Assembly (NCBI GenBank): GCA_964586255.1
Contig: CAZPGE010000006.1
Location: 1-61,826, forward strand
Direction of reading: 5' to 3'
Source: an uncultured Candidatus Saccharibacteria bacterium
GTDB lineage: Bacteria > Patescibacteriota > Minisyncoccia > Phycocordibacterales > UBA2100
Length of the DNA stretch: 61,826 nucleotides
Below the pieces are notes generated by a model. The model saw only the letters and a program-made list of their open reading frames with translations, ran no database searches and was not told the origin of the DNA. Position numbers and translations under genes: made by a program. Every line of letters starts with the position of its first letter. Within the stretch, counting starts at the first letter, position 1. This document shows, piece after piece, positions 56,426 to 61,826 of this stretch.

Positions 56426-59400
56426 ATGAGTGACGAAATTTTTTTTGATGGACAACGATTCATTTCGGCAGCTGAAGCTTCTTCAGCAGCTGACCTTTCT
56501 CGCGACTATGTCGCACGTTTGTGCCGCGACGGAAAAGTGAAGGGGCGACGTATCGGCAAAAACTGGTACGTCCATGAGGATTCTCTCAAGCATTTTCTGG
56601 TCGAACAAAGTCACGCAAAAGAGGTCCGAAGAGGGCAGCTCTCAAACGAGCGCACAAAGGAGTATTTGTTGGCACACAGAGTATCGTCGCCAACATCGTC
56701 TGATTTGCAGCAAGTGTTTCCAGAGAATCGTGCAGAGGAGTCGACCGAAAATCTCATTCCAATACGGCGCATTGTCGAGAGTGACGTGAGAGAGGCGCGT
56801 GCGACAAAAAGTCTTGCGTCTCACGCGATGCATGTGCAGCGCGCGTTACAAACAAAGGCTCTCGCGAGAGGCGAGGGTGCGGTGCGCTTCGCGCCCTCAA
56901 TGCTTGCTACACCGTCGGGCGTACACGAAGCTGTCGTGCGGACACTCGGGCATGGAAGCATACATGTACCAGTGCACACACTTACGCCGTTTGCGGAGTT
57001 TTTCCAAAAGTTTGTCGCGATGCTCGTCGCGTTTTCCATGACGTTTGGTACGTATGCGCTTGTCGATCCATCATATGCGCGGTTTGCCATAGATTCTATT
57101 CAAGGCAGCGCCACCTCTGTCTCGGATGTGTATGTGCGCGTCACGGGAGGAGGAGCCGGCGCGCTCCTCGAGCGCTCGCGAGAGAAGATGTTTTTTGCTG
57201 CGGAGAATCCCAATGCGGCTCTCGCACAAGTTTCTGGCGCGGCGCTTGCGTTTATCCCTGACACTGTGCGCAATCTCGCACGCGCAGTAAACTCTGGCAT
57301 CGACGATTTGGTTTATGCCATTGCCTTCCCGGACTCTGTAACAAGTTCATTGGCACATGCGCCGACCGATGGAGCTTCTGTGTCTGTCGAGATTGCGCCC
57401 TATGCGCGAGGAACGCAAAATACTTCCTTGAGTGCGACGCTCGCACAAACTCCCGCCGCGCAATCGAGTGCACCGATCGTACAAAATTTAAATTCAACTC
57501 CCATAACCGTCGTGGAGCGCCGTGTTGAGACGGAGCGAATCGTTTCAGCTGTGGGCGGTATCACGGAGGACTACCTCAATCAGCGTCTGAATACGCTAGA
57601 GAGCCAGATTACAGGCCGTCTTTTGGGTGCTTCTTCAGGCGGAGGCGGTGGATACACGACAATCAACAACAACTACCAGATGATTGCCCAGTCGAATAAC
57701 ATCGACAAATTGGGCTCTGTCACGATAGAAAATTCGACTTTCTCGGGAGGAACCATCACGGGGGCTACGATAACTGGAGGTTCTGTTGAGGCGGGTAGTC
57801 TTACCGGAGTTTTAGGCGTCGGGCAGGGTGGTACCGGAACATCCACCGCCCCAAGTTATGGGCAAGTCCTCCTCGGCAACGCGTCAGGCGCCTATGACTT
57901 GGTAGCTACATCATCGCTCGGCATTACTGGTGGGGGCGGCGTTTCATTGTCCGCTGCGAATACGTGGACCGCGCTCCAGTTCTTCTCCGCGAGCGCCTCA
58001 TCAACAAATTTTTCAAACTTTGGCACGGCATATTTCGGTGGAACTGCCACCTCGACGTTTGATAGCGGCGGTAATCTCTCGCTTGCCGGTACGTTGAGTG
58101 TAACCGGAAGTACCACGCTCGCAAATGCGACCACCACCAATCTCTTCTCCACTACCGCGAGCTCGACGAATCTCTTCTCCACCTCCGCATCGTTTGGCTC
58201 GCTCTCGGTGCTTGGCGCACTCACACAGACAGGTCTCGGCACATTTGCCAACGGGTTCGTCTCACAAGCATCGTCCACCGTGGTTGGTGCGTTTACCACG
58301 ACCGGTACCAACACCTTTGGTGGTGCGCTCAACATCACGGGAGCGATTACATCCACCGCCGGCACCGCCAATACATTCCCGTATGCCTCTACCACCGCCA
58401 TCACTGGCACGAATATTTTCTCTACTACCGCATCTACGACCAACCTCACAATCTCGAGCCTCGCCTCCGGCTCTATCCTCAAGGCGACGACCGGGGGGTC
58501 CGTCATCGCTGCGACTGCGGGCACAGACTTTGAGAGTGCGCTCACATTCTCATCACCTCTCTCTCGTATCGCCAACACTATCTCTATTCAAAATGCTGCG
58601 GCAGATGGTTCCACAAAAGGTGCAGCTTCCTTCACCGCGAACGACTTCGATGCGACCACGGGCAACATCTCGCTCGACTACACCAACGGCCAGGCCGCAT
58701 CCGCTTCCACCAAAGGCTTCCTCACATCTGCGGATTGGACAACTTTCAACACGAAACTTGCGTCATCGTCCATCTCAAATTCGGCGATGGTTGCAGCGCT
58801 CCTCAGTGATGAGACGGGGACAGGAAGCGTCGTGTTCTCTGCGAGCCCGACATTTACCGGTACGGCCGTCTTTGCGAATACGACAAATAGCGGCACGCTC
58901 GGCGTGACCGGTCTCTCGACCCTGACGGGTGGTTTCGTATCGCAGGCATCGTCCACAGTAGTGGGAGCATTCACAAACACCGGAGCGGCGACATTTGGCT
59001 CGACGCTTGCTGCCTCCGGTCTGGCGACATTTGGAAACGCCTCTTCGACACTCTTCTCCAATACTGGAGTGGCGTACTTTGGCGGCAGTGCGACGACTAC
59101 GATAGATAGCGCTGGCAACCTTATCGTGGCCGGGACAATCAGCGGCGCGGGTCTTTCTGCTTGTTCTGGTAGTAGCGACAAGCTTCTTTGGAACTCCACG
59201 ACGAAACAATTCTCATGTGGCACTGATCAGTCCGGAGGTGGCGGCGGGTCGGATGTGAACTGGACATTTTTCAACAATAGCGCACTCCGCCCATCAACCA
59301 CGACGAACCAAGTGCTCATCGGCGGCACTGCGACGACCTCCTCAGCGAGACTGCAGGTCATCGGCGGTCTCTTCACCGACTATGCATCGTCTACGGTGCT

Positions 59401-61826
59401 CTCAAATTTTGGAACCGCGTACTTCGGTGGCACGGCGACGACCACCATCAACTCTGCGGGCAACGTCGCAGTGGCAGGGACGCTCGGTGTGACCGGTAAC
59501 ACGACACTCGCAAATGCGACCACCACCAATCTCTTCTCCACTACCGCGAGCTCGACGAATCTCTTCTCCACCTCCGCATCGTTTGGCTCGCTCTCGGTGC
59601 TCGGTGCACTCACACAGACAGGCCTCGGTACGTTTACCAATGGCTTCGTCTCGCAAGCGTCGTCGACGGTGGTGGGAGCGTTCACTACGACCGGCACCAA
59701 CACCTTCGGTGGCGCACTCAATATCGCAGGTGCCATCACCTCGACCGCGACTACCGCGAACACATTCCCATACGCCAGCTCGACCGCACTCACTGGCACG
59801 AGCATCTACTCATCTACAGCGTCCACTACCAACCTCACAGTCTCTGGCATCCAGTCATCACTCATCGTCACGAGTGCTTCCGGCGCTGCGTCTGCATATT
59901 CGGGCTCGACCTGTACGAACCAGTTCGTCCGCTCGCTCAACGGCGCTGGTATTGCGACATGTGCGTCTATTGCTGCAGCTGATCTTGCGAATGCGGATTG
60001 GGGAGACATTACAATCTCAGGCGGCGTGGCGTCGCTTGATGCTGATACCGTCTCGGACAGCGAGATTGATTACGCCACCGTCACACTCGCCGACTTCACC
60101 AACGATGCGGACTACGTGAAGTGGGCCTCTGCGACATCCACGCTCTGGAAGAGCGCAGGACTCCTCTCGACCGCATCATCGACCATCGGCGGCGGCACTC
60201 AGGCAAGTGGTCTCACTGTCTCGGGTGGCGCGACGACAACGGGGAACCTGAAGGTTAATGGCACGTCTGCTCTCGATGGCGCGGTAACAGTTGGTAATGG
60301 GTCTGTTTCTCTCAGCACCTCTGATAAAGGGTTTCTATACAACGCTTCCCTTCTCTCCGGCTACATTCCGGCTAACACGAACCTGCAGAGCGCAATCAAC
60401 GCTACGCGAAGTCTCTTCTTCAATATTGATTCAAATAACGATGATTCTGATACAAGAGCCATCATCTTTGCAAAAAATAGTTGGAATGAGTCAGGAACTG
60501 AACTAATGAGACTCAGCGAAAATGGCAACCTCGGCATCGGCACCACCACGCCGTGGGGCAAACTCTCTGTACAGGGCTCAGCCGGTCAATCCAATCCTCT
60601 CCTCGACATCGCGAGCTCAAGCAATGCGTCATATTTCTCCATCTCCAATCTCGGTGCCATTGCCGCAACCGGTGCATTTACCTCCACCGCAGGAACTGCC
60701 AACACCTTCCCGTACGCTTCATCGACCGCCCTCTCAGTCTCCGGCGCTCTCTACTCCGGCACCGCAAGCACCACGAATCTCACCGTCTCGGGCGTGCCAT
60801 CTTCTGTGCTCGTGACCAATGCGTCCGGTGTCGTCGCCGCAGCATCCGCTCAGACATGCACCAATCAATTCATCCGCTCACTTTCCGCTGCATACGTCGC
60901 AACATGTGCGAGCATCGCATCGACTGATTTCGCGAATGCCGATTGGGGCGACATGACGGTATCTGGTGGCGTGGTCACGCTCGATGCCGACACGGTCTCC
61001 GACAGTGAAATCGACTACACGACCGTCACTCTCGCCGATTTCACCAATGATGCCAACTACGCCAAGACAAACGTCGCGAACTCGTGGACTGCGCTCCAGT
61101 CCTTCTCCACAGGTGCGTCCTCTACACTATTGTCCGTGTTCGGCACCACTTACTTCGGTGGCACCGCGACAACGACCATCGACTCAGTGGGCAACGTCGC
61201 GGTGGCAGGGACGCTCGGTGTAACAGGCAACACGACACTCGCAAATGCAACCACAACAAGCTTCGCCATCACCAACATCACAAATGGCCTTCTCTCCACA
61301 AATGCCAACGGCTCCGTGGTTGCCACCACCTCCGTCGGCGCTGGCTACATCACCGGTACGCTCGGCACCATCAACGGCACGACGCTCGGCAGAGGAGACA
61401 GCATCACCATCACAGCCGCTTCCTCTACGCTTCTCGCGAACAATAATTCTTGGACCGGTCTCAACACGTTCGCGAATGCGACCACGACACTCCTCAGCGG
61501 TACCACTGCTTGGTTTACGACGTTCATTGGCAACCTCACCGGCAACGTGACCGGCAACGCCTCCACTGCTACCGCTCTCCAGACCGGCAGGACTATCAAC
61601 GGCACCACCTTTGACGGCACGGGGAACATCACCATCACCGCTGCATCGTCGACACTCCTCGCCAACAACAACACGTTCTCGGGCGCGAATACGTTCACGA
61701 GCGCCATTACTTCCACCGCAGGCACGGCCAACACCTTCCCATACGCGAGCTCGACCGCCCTCTCAGTCTCAGGCGCTCTCTACTCCGGCACCGCAAGCAC
61801 CACGAATCTCACCGTCTCGGGCGTGC
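56426..61826 (+). CDS. Giant (>=1800 aa, 3'-truncated) protein: N-terminal HTH, TM helix, then Ser/Thr/Gly/Ala-rich repetitive fibre/adhesin-like ectodomain
   Basis: ATG 56426 gives MSDEIFFDGQRFISAAEAS..SRDYVARLCRDGKV..RRIGKNWYV; TM segment FVAMLVAFSMTFGTYALV. The same frame reads sensibly at 58202, 60242 and 61742 (spot-checked, not every codon). It contains ELMRLSENGNLGIGTTTPWGKLSV. Absent from the ORF track, presumably because it has no stop in the window. Confidence 0.88.
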   Translation, partial: MSDEIFFDGQRFISAAEASSAADLSRDYVARLCRDGKVKGRRIGKNWYVHEDSLKHFLVEQSHAKEVRRGQLSNERTKEYLLAHRVSSPTSSDLQQVFPENRAEESTENLIPIRRIVESDVREARATKSLASHAMHVQRALQTKALARGEGAVRFAPSMLATPSGVHEAVVRTLGHGSIHVPVHTLTPFAEFFQKFVAMLVAFSMTFGTYALVDPSYARFAIDSIQGSATSVSDVYVRVTGGGAGALLERSREKMFFAAENPNAALAQVSGAALAFIPDTVRNLARAVNSGIDDLVYAIAFPDSVTSSLAHAPTDGASVSVEIAPYARGTQNTSLSATLAQTPAAQSSAPIVQNLNSTPITVVERRVETERIVSAVGGITEDYLNQRLNTLESQITGRLLGASSGGGGGYTTINNNYQMIAQSNNIDKLGSVTIENSTFSGGTITGATITGGSVEAGSLTGVLGVGQGGTGTSTAPSYGQVLLGNASGAYDLVATSSLGITGGGGVSLSAANTWTALQFFSASASSTNFSNFGTAYFGGTATSTFDSGGNLSLAGTLSVTGSTTLANATTTNLFSTTASSTNLFSTSASFGSLSVLGALTQTGLGTFANGFVSQASSTVVGAFTTTGTNTFGGALNITGAITSTAGTANTFPYASTTAITGTNIFSTTASTTNLTISSLASGSILKATTGGSVIAATAGTDFESALTFSSPLSRIANTISIQNAAADGSTKGAASFTANDFDATTGNISLDYTNGQAASASTKGFLTSADWTTFNTKLASSSISNSAMVAALLSDETGTGSVVFSASPTFTGTAVFANTTNSGTLGVTGLSTLTGGFVSQASSTVVGAFTNTGAATFGSTLAASGLATFGNASSTLFSNTGVAYFGGSATTTIDSAGNLIVAGTISGAGLSACSGSSDKLLWNSTTKQFSCGTDQSGGGGGSDVNWTFFNNSALRPSTTTNQVLIGGTATTSSARLQVIGGLFTDYASSTVLSNFGTAYFGGTATTTINSAGNVAVAGTLGVTGNTTLANATTTNLFSTTASSTNLFSTSASFGSLSVLGALTQTGLGTFTNGFVSQASSTVVGAFTTTGTNTFGGALNIAGAITSTATTANTFPYASSTALTGTSIYSSTASTTNLTVSGIQSSLIVTSASGAASAYSGSTCTNQFVRSLNGAGIATCASIAAADLANADWGDITISGGVASLDADTVSDSEIDYATVTLADFTNDADYVKWASATSTLWKSAGLLSTASSTIGGGTQASGLTVSGGATTTGNLKVNGTSALDGAVTVGNGSVSLSTSDKGFLYNASLLSGYIPANTNLQSAINATRSLFFNIDSNNDDSDTRAIIFAKNSWNESGTELMRLSENGNLGIGTTTPWGKLSVQGSAGQSNPLLDIASSSNASYFSISNLGAIAATGAFTSTAGTANTFPYASSTALSVSGALYSGTASTTNLTVSGVPSSVLVTNASGVVAAASAQTCTNQFIRSLSAAYVATCASIASTDFANADWGDMTVSGGVVTLDADTVSDSEIDYTTVTLADFTNDANYAKTNVANSWTALQSFSTGASSTLLSVFGTTYFGGTATTTIDSVGNVAVAGTLGVTGNTTLANATTTSFAITNITNGLLSTNANGSVVATTSVGAGYITGTLGTINGTTLGRGDSITITAASSTLLANNNSWTGLNTFANATTTLLSGTTAWFTTFIGNLTGNVTGNASTATALQTGRTINGTTFDGTGNITITAASSTLLANNNTFSGANTFTSAITSTAGTANTFPYASSTALSVSGALYSGTASTTNLTVSGV
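58118..61826 (+). repeat. Intragenic repeat modules of the giant protein
   Basis: 58118-~58400 resembles 59508-~59790 (first ~95 nt identical); ~59830-60110 resembles ~60775-61055; ~60685-60797 resembles ~61713-61826. Confidence 0.85.

Noticed and set aside
56426-61826. Prophage tail-fibre gene
   Set aside because: No phage structural, packaging or integrase genes nearby. The N-terminal HTH plus TM helix and position next to gatB indicate a cellular surface protein.

Overview
One contiguous chromosomal segment, read in genetic code 11 (TGA is used as stop). It most likely comes from a Patescibacteria/CPR (Parcubacteria-like) bacterium. This is an inference from gene content, the scarcity of Shine-Dalgarno sites, the stand-alone VirD4-like ATPase and the HTH-membrane-fibre proteins; no rRNA marker is present. 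Layout from left to right: tRNA-Leu(CAG); an SDR / CofE-like / ATP-grasp trio; a cobalamin-riboswitch-controlled pair of transcobalamin-like (DUF4430) surface-protein genes on the minus strand; murD-murC, with a duplicated murC 3' end bracketing an orphan gene; NUDIX, rsmI, a DUF4015 hydrolase, a VirD4-like ATPase and a PKD surface protein; a ~34 kb surface-glycan locus (15.0-49.2 kb) with GT4, GT2 and GT-C enzymes, Wzx, GtrA, two gmd, fcl, two NDP-sugar C-methyltransferases and a WaaL/PglL-like-TPR protein; a 1.3 kb non-coding island; secA; gatB; and two HTH-TM genes, the second a >=1800-aa Ser/Thr/Gly-rich fibre that runs off the window. The non-coding island holds a promoter-driven ~280-nt structured RNA candidate, repeated hairpin modules and a 22-aa Lys-rich micropeptide gene. 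Best leads: (1) the B12-capture operon with a readable terminator/antiterminator switch but no transporter; (2) the unclassified ncRNA and its antisense repeat modules; (3) the HTH-TM-giant fibre with candidate operators; (4) a shared QVAAAAA-TM C-terminal motif; (5) the micropeptide. All family calls are by-eye motif recognition; no database search was run.
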